This document shows positions 12,030-26,118 of a stretch of DNA of 64,000 bases, piece by piece. Positions within the stretch are counted from its first letter, which is position 1; each line of letters starts with the position of its first letter. The stretch is from Octopus vulgaris. Taxonomy: Eukaryota. A program made the position numbers and the translations under genes. A model generated the notes under the pieces. It had not been told where the DNA came from. It ran no database searches and saw only the letters and a list, made by a program, of their open reading frames with translations. The DNA lies in the NCBI GenBank assembly GCA_951406725.2, contig OX597825.1, positions 4,712,001 to 4,776,000 of the forward strand, written 5' to 3'.

Positions 12030-12900
12030 AAGTGGAGTGGAGTAGTGTTTTGGTGTGTATGGAAGGCTAAAGGAGACTGAAAGGGTATGGAAGCGAATGG
12101 AATAAATTTGGATGTGTTGCGGGTTGAGTTTGGTAGGCTGCAGTGGAATATAATGGTGTAGTAGAGAAATTTTACGAGTTAGAAAGAGAAGATAGCATGT
12201 AGTACTGCTGGCAGAAACGTTAGCACGCCGGGCGAAATGCGTAGACGTTACGTTCTGCGTTCAAATTCCGCCGAGGTCGACTTTGCCTTTCATCGTTTCG
12301 GATTCGATAAATTAAGTACCAGTTATGCACTGGGGTCGATATAATCGACTTAATCCGTTTGTCTGTCCTTGTTTGTCCCCTCTGTGTTTAGCCCCTTGTG
12401 GGTAGTAAAGAAATATATAGTAATGCAACAGTGTAGTGTGGTGAGTGGAGGTGAAGAGATGTGTGTTGTAAAATGGATGGAGTGGAGTGATGTAGCGTGA
12501 GATGGAGTATAATAACGTAACAGTAGAGTGGAGTATGGGTGAGATAGAGGTGTGAGGCGGAGTAGAGGATGTGGAGGAGTGAGAGTGAGGTAGAGGGAAG
12601 AAAGGTTGTCTGGGTGCAATGGAGTAGGGCGGAAGTGGAGTAAAGGTGAAGTGGAGTGAAAGGGAAGCGGAGTAGAGATGAGTTGGACTGAGAATGAAGT
12701 GGAGTAGAGTGATGTGTAGTAGCAGTGAAAAAGAATGGTGAGCTTGAGTAAAGGTGAGGTGAGTCGGAATGGAGTGAAGTTGCGGATGAGGTCAGTAGAG
12801 CGAGATGGATTGAGGAAAAGATGAAATGGTGCGAAGTGGAGTATTAATGAGTAGGAATGAGAATGTGGGTGAGTGGAGGTGGGGGGATTGAGAATGAAGC
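12030..12900. repeat. Degenerate (GAGTG/GGAGT)n pentamer satellite, interrupted by a family 1 SINE at about 12205-12415 (+)
   Basis: Recurrent GTGGAGTGGAGT / GAGTAGAG units; the SINE shows CTGGCAGAAACGTTAGCACGCCGGGCGAAATGC, core and tail B. Confidence 0.75.
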
Positions 12901-12944
12901 GGCGTCGTTATGTTTTAATTCTTCCTCCTTCTCTTAACCCAAAT

Positions 12945-13100
12945 ATTGCTTTCAAATTTTGGCACAAGGCCAGCAATTTCATGGGAGTAGGTGCTCAAAT
13001 GGTACTTATTTTATCGACCCCAAGAGGATGAAAGGTTAAGTCAACCTTGAACTCAGAACGTAATGACGGACAAAATGCTGCTAAGCATTTTGCCCGGCGT
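12945..13100 (-). mobile_element. SINE family 1, degenerate
   Basis: TTTCAAATTTTGGCACAAGGCCAGCAATTT tail and TTTTATCGACCC core. Confidence 0.7.
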
Positions 13101-13248
13101 GGTTTCATCCAGCTCATCTCCTTACCTCAACCCAAATATTACACTACCATAGTTTACATTCCGCCATGTTGCATTTCTGTTCTCCCTCCTCCTCTCAAAT
13201 ATCATAATTACACTTTCGTTACAATTCAATTCTCTCCATTTAAATATT

Positions 13249-13786
13249 CTTTTCTACTCAAGGCACAAGGCTCGAAATTTTGGGGGAGGGGTGGCCAGTA
13301 CGCAACTGGTACTTAATTTATCGACCCCGAAAGGATGAAAGGCAAAGTTGACCGCGGCGGAATTTGAACTTAGATGAAATACTTATTTCTTTACTACTCA
13401 CAAGGAGCTAAACACAGACAGGACAAACTAGGACAGACAAACAGATTAAGTCGATTATTTCGACCCCAGTGCGTAACTGCTACTTATTTAATCGACCCCG
13501 AAAGGATGAAAGGCAAAGTCGACTTCAGCGGAATTTGAACTCAGCACGTAGCGGCAGACGAAATACCTATTTCTTTACTACTCACAAAGGGCTAACACAG
13601 AGAGGACAAACAAGTACAGACAAACGAATTAAGTCGATTACATCGACCCCAGTGCGTAACTGTTACTTATTTAATCGACTCCGAAAGGATGAGAGGCAAA
13701 ATCGACCTCGGCGGAATTTGAACTCTGATGAAATGCCGCTAAGCATTTCGCCCGGCGTGCTAACGTTTCTGCCAGCTCACCGCCTT
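13249..13786 (-). mobile_element. Compound three-unit SINE family 1 with 14-bp TSD
   Basis: Head-(core-tailB)x2-core-tailA; TCCATTTAAATATT at 13235-13248 and 13789-13802. Confidence 0.9.
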
Positions 13787-13816
13787 CTTCCATTTAAATA
13801 TTATACTCTTATCATA

Positions 13817-14211
13817 TCTTTATATATAAAAGTGAAGTTGTGTGTCTGTCTCCTAAGATTTAGATTCCTAACTACTCCCACATTTTGCGGTGCAGTTTAA
13901 CCAAAACCGGGTATCTTATAGTCGTGATTCACATCGAGCCCTTCTGGGTATTAGCGCGCGTCTACGATGAGTCTACGATTTAAAAAAAAATTACCATCAT
14001 TTTTTCCATTTTAATGCATTTTTTCGCTATTATATAAGGGAAGTAACTCTCTAAAAATGTCTACGAGGAGTCAACGATTTAAAAAAAATTTACCATAATT
14101 TTTTTTCCATTTTTAATGCATTTTTTGCTATTTTTTTGGCTATAACTCTCTAAAAATGCTTATATAGTTATTTCCCTTACAAACCCGAGCAACGCCGGGC
14201 GATACTGCTAG
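13817..14211 (+). mobile_element. Non-autonomous Helitron
   Basis: Begins TC(TTTATATATAAAA) after an A, ends with hairpin CCCGAGCAACGCCGGG then CTAG before a T; internal about 100-bp tandem duplication. Confidence 0.85.
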
Positions 14212-14712
14212 TTTTACATACAATTCTTTCACATTTCGTATCTCCCCAATTCACTCCCTAATCTCCTTCCTCTGCACTATTTTACTCAACTCAGCCCTAC
14301 CGCACTTAAGTCCGCTGTTCTTTTCGAATTATTTTAAATAAAGCGTTCTTCTATAGAAAGAACATACTCTTCAAATATTCTAGGTATAACCTCCATTTTA
14401 GATTATCTTAATTCATATACTATGATAATCATGCGTGTAATTTTTTAACGATTACTACACTTAGTCGAGGGACATGAACAGACACTCCTATGAACCAGCC
14501 ATTAATTGCTTCTCAGAACCATTGGGTCAGATGTGTACCGAACTCTCATGGGAACCTAAATGAAAAAAAAAAGAACAGTTATTTGGATGGTCGCCGAAAT
14601 GTTCGTATATCTTCCGGCTTACATTCCAACACAACTACATGTATTTTAAATATATATATACTGTTCTTTACTGAATTGTATAGTTATCTAGTTATGCATT
14701 CCAAATATATAT

Positions 14713-14770
<58 letters not shown>

Positions 14771-14773
14771 GTA

Positions 14774-14840
<67 letters not shown>

Positions 14841-15510
14841 GGACGGATGTTTGTATGCATGTATGTATATATACTATGTTGCTGTACTAATAAATTCTAA
14901 ACAGTGTCAAACAAGAACCAATATGCAAATTGTCTTGTAAATTAAGTTGCATTTTCTAAATTGCTTCTTTCCTTTTTATAATTTTTTTTTCTTGGCATCA
15001 GAATTTAAGGAAATTCTGTCGACGATAAATTAGAATTTAGTCTTGGTTTTGTTTTGTTTTAACGCCAGGTCACTCCTAATCTCACAGATCTGTGATCAAA
15101 ATCATTTACAGACGTAAACAGAGAACTTTTTTCTCTCTCCCTCTCTCTTTCGGACATACTATGTCTAAACTATATGAACCAACCAGCCACCTACTTCCTA
15201 AAGGTGTTTGGTTGTTATAACGCTATAGTTCGGCGATGTTTGTCGTCTAATTTAGTTGTGTATGAACAACAATGTAGTTGGTCCTCTTTTTTCCAGAAAT
15301 TTAGTGTCGTTTTATGAGATCGTGGGCTGATTTACCAAAAACCATTAAGTTCCAGGTCTGATGCGGGGACTTTTCCTTGGAAGTCAGCTTCTCTCAAGCG
15401 TTAATGGCAGAACTAATATATTTAAACGCCTTGATTGCCTCTATACTATTCTTTACCTACATTCTACGTGCAAACGATTCTGCTAGCTCACCGCCTTAAT
15501 CTGTAAAATA

Positions 15511-15730
15511 TATTCTTTTCTATTTTAGGCTCAAGGCCCGAAATTTTTTGGGGAAGGGGCCAGTCGATTAGATCGACCCTAGTACGAAACTGGTACTTAA
15601 TTTATTGACCCTGAAACGATGAAAGGTAAAGTCTACGTCTGCGGAATTTGAGCTCAGAACATAAAGACAGACGAAATACTGCTAAACATTTCGCCCGACG
15701 TGTTAACGTTTCTGTCATTTCGCAGCCTTA
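15511..15730 (-). mobile_element. SINE family 1, full length (tail A)
   Basis: TATTCTTTTCTA..GGCTCAAGGCCCGAAATTT tail, core, head. Confidence 0.85.
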
Positions 15731-15785
15731 GACTATGTAAATGCTAAAAACTCATTAAAAATAAAATGGCTAATGTGTGTGTGTG

Positions 15786-15832
<47 letters not shown>

Positions 15833-16502
15833 GCGTAGTCCGGTGTCGGGAAAGCAAACTAGCGGTGATTGTATTTGTTTCTTTCGTTCAGTGCATGTAG
15901 CTCCCATGCAACGAGCTTCTATATCTTTCGCATCAATTGAAGGTGACCGGTGACGGTGCCATAGCATTCCATTTGAATTGCGCTAGTGGCTTGATGCGGA
16001 TGAACTAGTTCAATCTATTCTCATTCGTAGGTCGGAATGCGGAGTGTATGTGAAGCCGAATTTCTACCCACCCGCCCTCCTTGAAGTGTGAAAATAGTTG
16101 TGCTCTCTTGTCAATAATAGCTCCTCTGTACACTGTCTGGAACAGTTTTATCAGATTTCAACCTTAATTAAAAGCGAAGAGAAGCAGATGTCCAAAAATG
16201 TTCGTTTTTTTTTGTTTATTTGCTTTTTATTTTTGTTTTTAATTTGGCTCTCTATCGTCATATGTCAAATGTGTAGGAAAATCTATTAAAATTTCAAAAC
16301 AGAGAAACGAAATTTGTTGAGGGAAATAAAACTTCAAATCAAGACCATTAACCACTACGACAGATTTATCTTCCGTATTAATTTCAATAGCAATGAATAG
16401 AATCGATAGAGTTTATCTAACAACCCAGTACAACCGTATCATATATTATAGTACACATGCACAACATATGATAAACTAGTAAAGGTACATTAGTACATTG
16501 GT

Positions 16503-16770
16503 TTCAAGTTTTGGCACAAGGCCAGTAACTTTTGGTAAGTGCGTAAGGGTTAGGCTATGTAAATACTAAAAACTCTCTGAAAATAAAATACCTAATGTGT
16601 TTGCGTATCTAACACTAACCCTAGTCTAATCCTACATAGACCCTAGTACTCAACTGGTATTTATTATTTTGTCCCAGAAATGATAAAAGGCAAAGTGAAC
16701 TTCGGTGGAATTTGAACTAAGAACATAAAGACGGACGAAATACTACGATTCTGCCAAGCTCGTCGCTTTA
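16503..16770 (-). mobile_element. SINE family 1 interrupted by an about 90-bp insert bounded by AGGGTTAGG / CTAACCCTA
   Basis: Tail at 16503-16535 and core from about 16638; the insert interior also matches 15735-15778. Confidence 0.7.
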
Positions 16771-16986
16771 CAGTAATCTAAAATATTATAAAGTGTCACT
16801 CTAGATTAAATATAATTTAAAATTTAAACTCTTTCTATATCGATGAGGAACAAAGAATGTGTTTATATTTTAATTCTTATCTAATCCATAGTGAGGTTGG
16901 CTTTATTTCAACTAGTATGCACTTATATTATCATTTGCATCTATGCTACATCTGGTTGTATCAGTATCAATATTCAACTGCATTCA

Positions 16987-17199
16987 AGGCGGCAAGCTGC
17001 CAGAAACATTAGCACGACAGGCGAAATACTTAGCGGTGTTTCGTCTGCCGTTACGTTCTGAGTTCAAATTCCGCCGAGGTCGACTTTGCTCTGCATCCTT
17101 TCGGAATCGATTAAATATGTACTAGTTTTGTACTGGGATCGATCTAATTGACTGGCTCCCACCCCAAAAATTTCGGGCCTTGTGCTTAGTGTAGAAAAG
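16987..17199 (+). mobile_element. SINE family 1, full length with 18-bp TSD
   Basis: AATATTCAACTGCATTCA (16969-16986) / AATATTTAACTACATTCA (17200-17217). Confidence 0.9.
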
Positions 17200-17992
17200 A
17201 ATATTTAACTACATTCATACAAAGCATTTTTCCACCTCGGCATCTGAAACTCGGAGTTTTATCATGGCTACCGAATAATTGTCTCATATTACATTTACAG
17301 ATAAATTCCTCTATTTACATAATATCGATGTCTCTTTCATTCTTTTGTTGTCTTACCATTTCTATCAATATATATATATATATATATGTCTTAGTTCTTA
17401 TATTTCATGATTTTGCTGCTGCCATTTCTTACAGTTAAGGAAATCGCGGTGGTATTTGTTCGTATTCTCTTCATCAAATCTTCTTGTAGCTATTATTACC
17501 CTATATCAATGTCTCTTGAGTTGCTTTAGTCTGTAAGTTTGCATCTCACGTCTCAAACCCTGACAAAAACAACAAAAAAAAAATAATGAATAAAACACAA
17601 TTAAAATATAAAGATACAAAAAAGAAACACAGAAAAAGTATAAATAATAATAATATACAAGAAATAAATAAATAAATAAAGGATATCTCTCATTTCCATC
17701 AGATTAACATTAATTGCTACGTCGATTTGGTGAACACTGCGAGACACTCTAATGCCAAATAAGACCAATTAATTAACATGTTTGTTGTCGTTGTGCTTCT
17801 TCTTCTTCTTCTTGTTACTGTTGTTGTTGTTGTTGTTGTTTTGATTCCTTATGCTGCGTTCTTTAACGATTTATGACCGATAGTCTCAACAGGTTTTCCG
17901 AAGTTTGTTTCTCAATGTTTTTCTTACTGTTTAGAATTTTGTATTCGCTTCTGATTTCAAGTAGATTTATTGTTATTGTTGGTCGTTATTCT

Positions 17993-18021
17993 CACCACCA
18001 CCATCATCATCATCATCATCA

Positions 18022-18077
<56 letters not shown>

Positions 18078-18212
18078 GTTGTTGTTGTTGTTATTATTAT
18101 TATTATTATTATCATGGTTATTATTATTATTATTATTATTATTATCATTATTATTATTATTATTATTATCATCACTACTACTACTACTACTACTACTTAT
18201 ATTATTATTATT
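17993..18212. repeat. Compound trinucleotide microsatellite (CAC/CAT/TAT/TGT/TAC)
   Basis: Directly visible. Confidence 0.95.
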
Positions 18213-18355
18213 TCTGTTATCTTTATTGTCTTTATTCAGTGTTTGCATAGCTGCAGCTCCTGTTATTTCTGCATTCGTCTCATTGATGAGGTCGTTGTTT
18301 ATTTTGAGTTTATTTATATTCTGTACGTACACAATTATACAGACGCACACGCACA

Positions 18356-18415
<60 letters not shown>

Positions 18416-18449
18416 TACATGTATATGTATATATATATATATGTACATA

Positions 18450-18492
<43 letters not shown>

Positions 18493-18643
18493 ACATGTGT
18501 ATATACATGTGTAAATAGCGATACATACATAAGCATATACATATATGTATTTCTCTTTCTCTCTCTCTCTCTCTCATGTATATATGTATGTGTGTGTATG
18601 TAGTATGTATGTATATATATATATATGTGTGTGTGTGTATATA

Positions 18644-18718
<75 letters not shown>

Positions 18719-19480
18719 CCCACACATTTATATACTCACGCACATATGATATTTGTGTGTCTGCATGTGCGTGTTTGCATGTGCGAGTTTGCGTACGCGT
18801 ACGTGTGTGTGTGTGTGTCTGTGTGTCTGTGTCGTAGCAACGTATCAGTTTCCAATGCATTGTTTTAATTGCAGCGAGGCAAGGCGGTTTCTATTAATTT
18901 CTTCCCGAATATAATTTCGTATGCACTACAGACTTCTTCAATTTATTTTGATTTTCCTATTGCAGCTAAAATGAACGTCGTTAAGTACTTGCTTATCAAC
19001 TTTTGTTATTTTTACTTTTATATATCAATTCTTCATTTATTTTCCTTATTTTTGTCTTTAGTTAATTTATTATTCAGAAAAGTATAGACCGATTTTTAGT
19101 AAGAGATGATATAAATTCACAATGACCAACTTCCTCTCTCGGATACTTGTATTGTAATAGTAAATTGGAAAGAGGCGTCTGCAAACCTCAACTTAGCAAA
19201 ATAGTTGTCTTCCATGACACCTCGCCATTTTGACAGGTTTGTTTTCGCATTGGTTTCCCGCCAGTCTTCTTTATATTTTATTTTATCCATTGACGAAAAC
19301 TCTATTTTCTTACATTACCTTATATTTATTTTCTGTGTGGCATTACTTTGCTTTTTTTTTTCTGGAATAATATCTTTTGCGTTTTCTTCAATTTATTACG
19401 TTATTTTTGTCTTATAGCAATTCTCACATAGTGTTGGTGGCGCGGTCATGTGCACGTTTAGTTAACTAATGTGTGGTATG

Positions 19481-19542
<62 letters not shown>

Positions 19543-19731
19543 TGTGTGTGTGAGTGTGTAAGAGAGAGAGACAGAGAGAAGAGAAAGAAATACATATATG
19601 TATATGCTTATGTATATATTGTTATTAACATACTATATATATACATATGTCCTGTGTGTCGCATAGGTAAAGAAGCATTTAATTATGATTTACATTCGAA
19701 AATCTGATATACAATACCGATATATATACGC

Positions 19732-19773
<42 letters not shown>

Positions 19774-19778
19774 GCGTG

Positions 19779-19813
<35 letters not shown>

Positions 19814-20039
19814 TTATATATATATGTATATATGTATATATATATGTATGTGTATATATGTTTATATATATATAAACATATATGTGTGTGTGTGTGTGTG
19901 TGCTTGTGTGTGTTTGTGTATTCATATATGTATGTATTCAGACACAAATACACGCACTTACGATTAAGTGTAATGCCTGTTGGCTAGATCGACGAAATTT
20001 ATGCAGAACAGACGATAAAAAACAGAAGAAGAAGAACTG

Positions 20040-20208
<169 letters not shown>

Positions 20209-20732
20209 AGGAATATCTCTATTTCCGCTACTGACACCAATAATTCCGTTACTTAACATCCAGCCGCTCAGCGACAAACATTGGTGGCGCCTGTTTTGCA
20301 AATTCGGGGAATTCAGGAATAAGAATTAGTTGTTAAATTGTTGTTTGAAGAATAAATTTGAAGTTCTGATCAATTTTCTCGACATAAAACATTTACAGGA
20401 AAGCTAGCAGAATTGCAAATTTGTTCTTCAAACAAGAATTTACCAAAAGTTTCGTCGCTGCTAAAACAAAAGAAAATTTCACGTTGATGTTGAGAATTAG
20501 AGTCTAAGGTTTCTGAGAGAATTGCTAGTATGCTGGATTTTTTTCTTTTGTTTTCTTAATATTTATCCTTTTGTGGGGTAGAGCGAGGGGTGAGATTTGA
20601 ATTTGAATTGTCTTCTTAAATGTTGGAGTCTTATTTTGCCATTTAATTTAGAGCCAAAATTGTTCTCTCAAATTAACGTTAAAAGTTCTGCAAAGACAAA
20701 AGAAAATAATATCAGAAATGGGTTCGTTTCTT

Positions 20733-20959
20733 GGAGAAGAAGAAGTAGAAGAAGAAGAAGAAGAAGAACAACAACAACAACAACAAAACAGCAGCAGCAA
20801 CACGTAGAAGAGGAGGACGACGAGAAGAGGAAGAACAGCAGCAGCGAGGAAATGAAGAGGAAGTGGAAAAGGAAGAAGGAAAGAAGAAGAAGAAGAAGAA
20901 GGAGGAGGAGGAGGAGGAGAATAAGAAGAAGGAAAGAAGAAGAAGGAAAGAAGAAGAAG

Positions 20960-20992
<33 letters not shown>

Positions 20993-21040
20993 AAGAAGAA
21001 AAGGAACAACAACAACAAAAGCAGCAGCAGCAGCAAGGAA
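20733..21040. repeat. Purine-rich compound (GAA/GAG/CAA/CAG)n tract
   Basis: Directly visible. Confidence 0.95.
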
Positions 21041-22052
21041 CACAAAATTAGATACTAAAACAATGAAAAGATTTGTAAGTTGGGCTTATGGTGTTGTATG
21101 TTTATTGTAATGAGCAGCCTTTTATGTACTTATCAGTTTTTGTGGGGGTGGGGGGTGGAAACCAAATAAGATGATTGAATGAATTTCTCTGAAGAATTCT
21201 AATAGATTAGGAAAATATTACACGACATACGTTGTTTGTTTATATAGAAATGAAGTCAGCGACTGGGTACATAACTTTGGATTGACTAAGCAGCTTGTGC
21301 ATTTTGCATTCAATATTACTTAAAGGGATTTTGTACAGTATCAAGATGACTATGCTCAATGTAACCAAGTGAAACAAACTTCTTCGCTATTATTGATATA
21401 TAACTAATGAGTGAGAGTCTAGCAAGTCACTCACCATGCTAGAAATAGCGTTCAAATTTCACTGAAATTACTTTAGATAAGAGAAAGACACTTGAATAAT
21501 GAGTGTCTTACGTATATTGAATAATAGGTTTTATGCACAAAGTTAATAGAAACGGAATGGTCAAAGCCAGAATGCCTTTGCCTGAGGTTTTTTCGATCTC
21601 GCTAAACGTGAGATTAACGAAGGAGGCTGAGTGTGATAGAGTTAAACTACTAAAAATAGCATTCGAAACATCCCTTAATTCACTGCTTATCAGCTCAAAT
21701 AATGACGGTCACCATTAGATGATGTACACTCGAAATATTTTTGAAAAGGATAGATCTAGAGCAACTGGGGTCCATATGAGCCCTGAAGTTCAATTTAAGA
21801 TTTGGGGAGCGGGCGTCCATGCAACAAAGCAGTAAAATGGGAGATCCACCATAGTATTTTAAGGGACCCGGAAAAAATTTGGCATTAGATGTATGTATTG
21901 CTAAAAACAGCTAGGCTTCTTTTTCTAACGTTTTTTGTAGTTCAATCTACACAAGTTAATGTGTGAAAAGCAAAATAGGTAAACTAGTTTTTCAAATATT
22001 GAGTGACTACGGGGCTTTTCCAAAATAAAATTATTAATCAAAGAAATCCGAA

Positions 22053-22305
22053 GATTGGCTGCAACTACCTGAGTTCGCTTTTTTAAGGAAGTCATCCTGC
22101 CACTCTCCCATTTTATAAACAATGCCAAGGTCTCGTAGCTTATGATTTATCATGCCATGATCTACCTTATCAAATGTCTTTGCAAAGTCAAGGTATATCA
22201 CACTGACATTTGAATGGTCAAGTAGTGTTTCAAAATCCAGTCACAGTGCTGTAGGAGCTGTGAGGCAGCTTCTTCTTGGACAGAAGCCATGCTGTGTATT
22301 GTCAG
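22053..22305 (-). pseudogene. CR1-clade LINE reverse transcriptase fragment
   Basis: With frameshifts reads TQHGFCPRRSCLT..NVSVIYLDFAKTFDKVDHGMINHKLRDLGI..GEW..DFL..RTQVVAAN. Confidence 0.85.
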
Positions 22306-22666
22306 TCGATATCGGTTGCACCATTTTACACCATTTTACAGGAGACCCGTTACACCATTTTACAGGAGACCCAATACTCGATATTAACTTCGATAGCTTA
22401 TATTGTTACTCTATGTCCTAAAAGCTGCACATCTTCACTTGCCCTGCGCTAGTTTATACTCCCTAAATTTTAAATCGTGTAGAAAATGCAATGCTTCATA
22501 TGTACTGCGACACTTTTATGTTCTGTTCCATTCTATACGAGATGCAACACCCAAGAAATGTTGCACCACCGAATAGCAAGTGCACCACTTATAAGACCTT
22601 TTTATTTGCTGCACAATTCTACAAAGGACTCACCGTTCTACAACAGTTGTCACGTGTTTCATATAC

Positions 22667-22740
<74 letters not shown>

Positions 22741-23054
22741 TATTATTATTATCATTGTTATTATTATTTTATTCTTTTATACGTTTCAGCCCAATAGTTG
22801 CAGCCATGGTGAAGAAACACCGATGTCATCACCTTTTAAGGGGCCATTCTTTATTATAAATTATGCATTATTAAGGTGGCTTATTCACAATTTACAAATT
22901 AAGTGCTTCCCCGTGCCTAAGTGTTGTTCTGACTCTTATTTCTAGCAATGTTGATGCTCACTAACACCCTTGGTCATCTTAGTAACGTCTATATTTGTGT
23001 CGTTTGGTTGTAAATTGCAAATAAGCCACCTTAATAATAGACTGGCAGATATAT

Positions 23055-23109
<55 letters not shown>

Positions 23110-23234
23110 CATATATATATGTATATATATATATAGAAATATATAAATATGTGTGTCTTTATATATGTATGTTTATACATAAATATATATCTTATTATTA
23201 TGAAATATGTTTTCGCGAGAGAGCGAGAGAGAGA

Positions 23235-23468
23235 CATACATACATACATACATAGATACAAACATACATATATACATACGTACATACATACATGCATACA
23301 TGCATACATAGATGCTTACATACATACATACATACATGCATGCATACATACATACATACATACATACATACATACATACATACATACATACATACATACA
23401 TACATACATACATACATACATACATACATGCATACATACATACATGCATACATACATACATACATACA
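23235..23468. repeat. (CATA)n microsatellite; similar tracts at about 33700-33800, 38060-38230, 50730-50850 and 56370-56690
   Basis: Directly visible. Confidence 0.95.
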
Positions 23469-24739
23469 CACCTCTAAATATCTGCTTGGATTTAATTTGT
23501 AGAGAGCAGGTATTCGCGACATATTATTTCATAAGAGATTGTTTCAAGTAAGTGGCGATATTAGGAAATATAATGATGAGCAATACGTATATCGCAAGTT
23601 TCCTTAGAAAGACAGATGTTTCTGAACTAGCAATTATTTCCTTCTAACAAGCTATTTCTTACACAGGCAGATATTTAGACCGCCTGTCTAATTGCCAAGT
23701 AATTACCCTTCTCAGTGCCAGCCAGGATTCGACAGTGCTGACCTTCATGATTTGGCAATGATTTCTGCTGGTGTTTTTTGGCATCAATTAGTCGTATACA
23801 AATGTGGAAGAATATCAATGAATCGATGAAATGGTGATGCCACTATAGTGCTAATCAAAGCATGATAACGGGCTTTTAAATTGCACCGTTTGTAATAAAA
23901 GTTTCAGGTTTCAAGAACGCCCTCAAGTAATTACGCTGTAGTTTGTTTTAAAAAGATATTTCGAATATTGAAATGGAAGAAAACTTGGCGACTATGTTCA
24001 ATAAACTGTTTTCTATGTTTATTGCTTTTCTGATTTCCTGCTTTATTTTTATTTTCCTTTCTTTATATATAACTATGACAGGAACAGACCAGGTTGAATG
24101 GCGGTTATATATTTAGTTTGTTCTTTCGCCAGATTCGCGAAGGAAGAAAGCAAGAAAATAAAAAAAACGAAAATGTATATAGAAAAGGAGAAAATTGACA
24201 ATAGAGAGGGAAAGTGTGAGAGAAGGGCGTAAAAGAATTGCTATGAGGTATTAAGAGAGAGTAAGAAAATAAAAATAAGACAAGCAAAAATATCCTGAAG
24301 AAAAAAGAAAAAATATGTGATAGAAAAAAGTCAGCGTTTCTGTGTGTGTATGTGTGTGTGTGTGTGTGTGTGAGTGTGTGTAAGAGAGAAAAAGTGAGAT
24401 AGAGTGAGGACAAAGAGTTTAAGATCAGTTGATGTTTGTAAGGTGTAAAGCACTCCATAATAGGATAAGAGGAAAAGAAGAAGAAGAGAGGCGGAGACGA
24501 GAACAGACAAATACAGGCGGTGAGTTGTGTGTGTTGGATTAGTTAATAGAATGAAGCCAACTATTTTGTTTCCGATGCCAGCGAAGACAAATTAAATACA
24601 TGTCAGAACGAAGGTGGCGTTTTACAACAGAAAAACTAATTGAAAGTTATGGAAACAATTATACGAATCTACTTCGCCATCCGCCACCGTCTCGCGCCCT
24701 TTCACTACCACGACCACCAAGACAATTGCTAGTATCAGA

Positions 24740-25495
24740 GGCTGACACAAGGTCAGCAATTTCGGCGGAGGGGGCTAAATCGATTACATCGACCCTAGTA
24801 CGCAACTGGTATTTATGGACCACAAAAAAATGAAAGGCAAATTCGATCTCGGCGGAATTTGAACTCAGACGAAATGCCACGAAGCATTATGTCCAGTGTG
24901 CTAAAGATTTTGCCGCCTTCACCAAAACAGTTGACTTCCAAAACTGCCAACATTACAACAGTACCCTATGATAATGATTTCAAAATTTTCTCACAAGGCC
25001 AGCAAGATTGGTGAATGGGGTTAAGTCGATTATATCGACCTCAGTGTTCAACTGGTACTTATTTTATCGACGCTAAAACGACGAAAGAGAAAGTCTACCT
25101 CGAAAAGAATTTGAACTCAGAACGTGCACACGAATGAAATGCTGCTAAGCATTTTGTCCGGGGTACTAACGATTCTGCCAGCTTGCCGCCTTCACCAAAA
25201 CAATTACTGACCTTTAAAACTACCAGTATCACAATATCCTCTAATCACAACGATCAAATGAAAAACATCAATGAAAATACTCAACTTATATAATCATAAT
25301 AATCCTTTATATTTTAGGTAAATGATCTGAAAATTCCGAGGAGGCTGCTAATCAATTACGACGTTGCTAGTGCTCAACTGGTACTTATTTCAATGCAAAG
25401 CCGTCCTCAGCGGAATTTGAACCTATGACGTAAAGAACAGGAAGACCTGCCACTAGGCATTTTGACCACGCTAATAATTCTGCGCGCACGCCACG
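24740..25495 (-). mobile_element. Cluster of three same-orientation family 1 SINEs (about 24740-24919, 24975-25192, 25305-25495)
   Basis: Each has the ACTGGTA(C/T)TTAT core and GAATTTGAAC B-box complement. Confidence 0.8.
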
Positions 25496-26118
25496 TGAAT
25501 TCGTAATAACGGATTTAATAATTTTCTATTACAAAACAAAATTATCGATACAATGTCGGAAGAGAAAAATACGAATTCTTTATTTGCGTTTTCACATTTG
25601 GGGCAACTAAACAAAAGCAAAACAAATATAAAAAAGTACGATTAATAATGATATCTGAAGACATCTGCAGGAGCAACATATTTTGTAAGGTTAACATTTG
25701 GTCCATAAAAGTGATGTTCCGTATATAATTGATACTTTGTTTTATCGGTCCCAGACAGGTGAAAGGCAAAGTCGATTGCGAACTGATTTGAACAGAAAAC
25801 AGCCCGGTTAAGTGCGGATGATTGCATCGTGTTTTAGACGAAAAGGCAAGTTCACTTATTTTAAATATACCCCACGTTGGTGTTCCAGCATGACCGCAGC
25901 AGCATAGCTGAAACGAGTAAGAGAATATAAGTAAAAGAATGCCTAGACGAAGTATTATGGAGCAATACCAACGATGATACCTAAACACAGACGCGGCCAC
26001 CATCACCAATATCATATTAGTGATAATTCGATTATCGATAACTACCGTAGGAAAGTAAAAAAACGATGTTGTTCTAGACGGAAATCAAAATGAAGAGAAA
26101 CACCTCTCTACTATGGCT

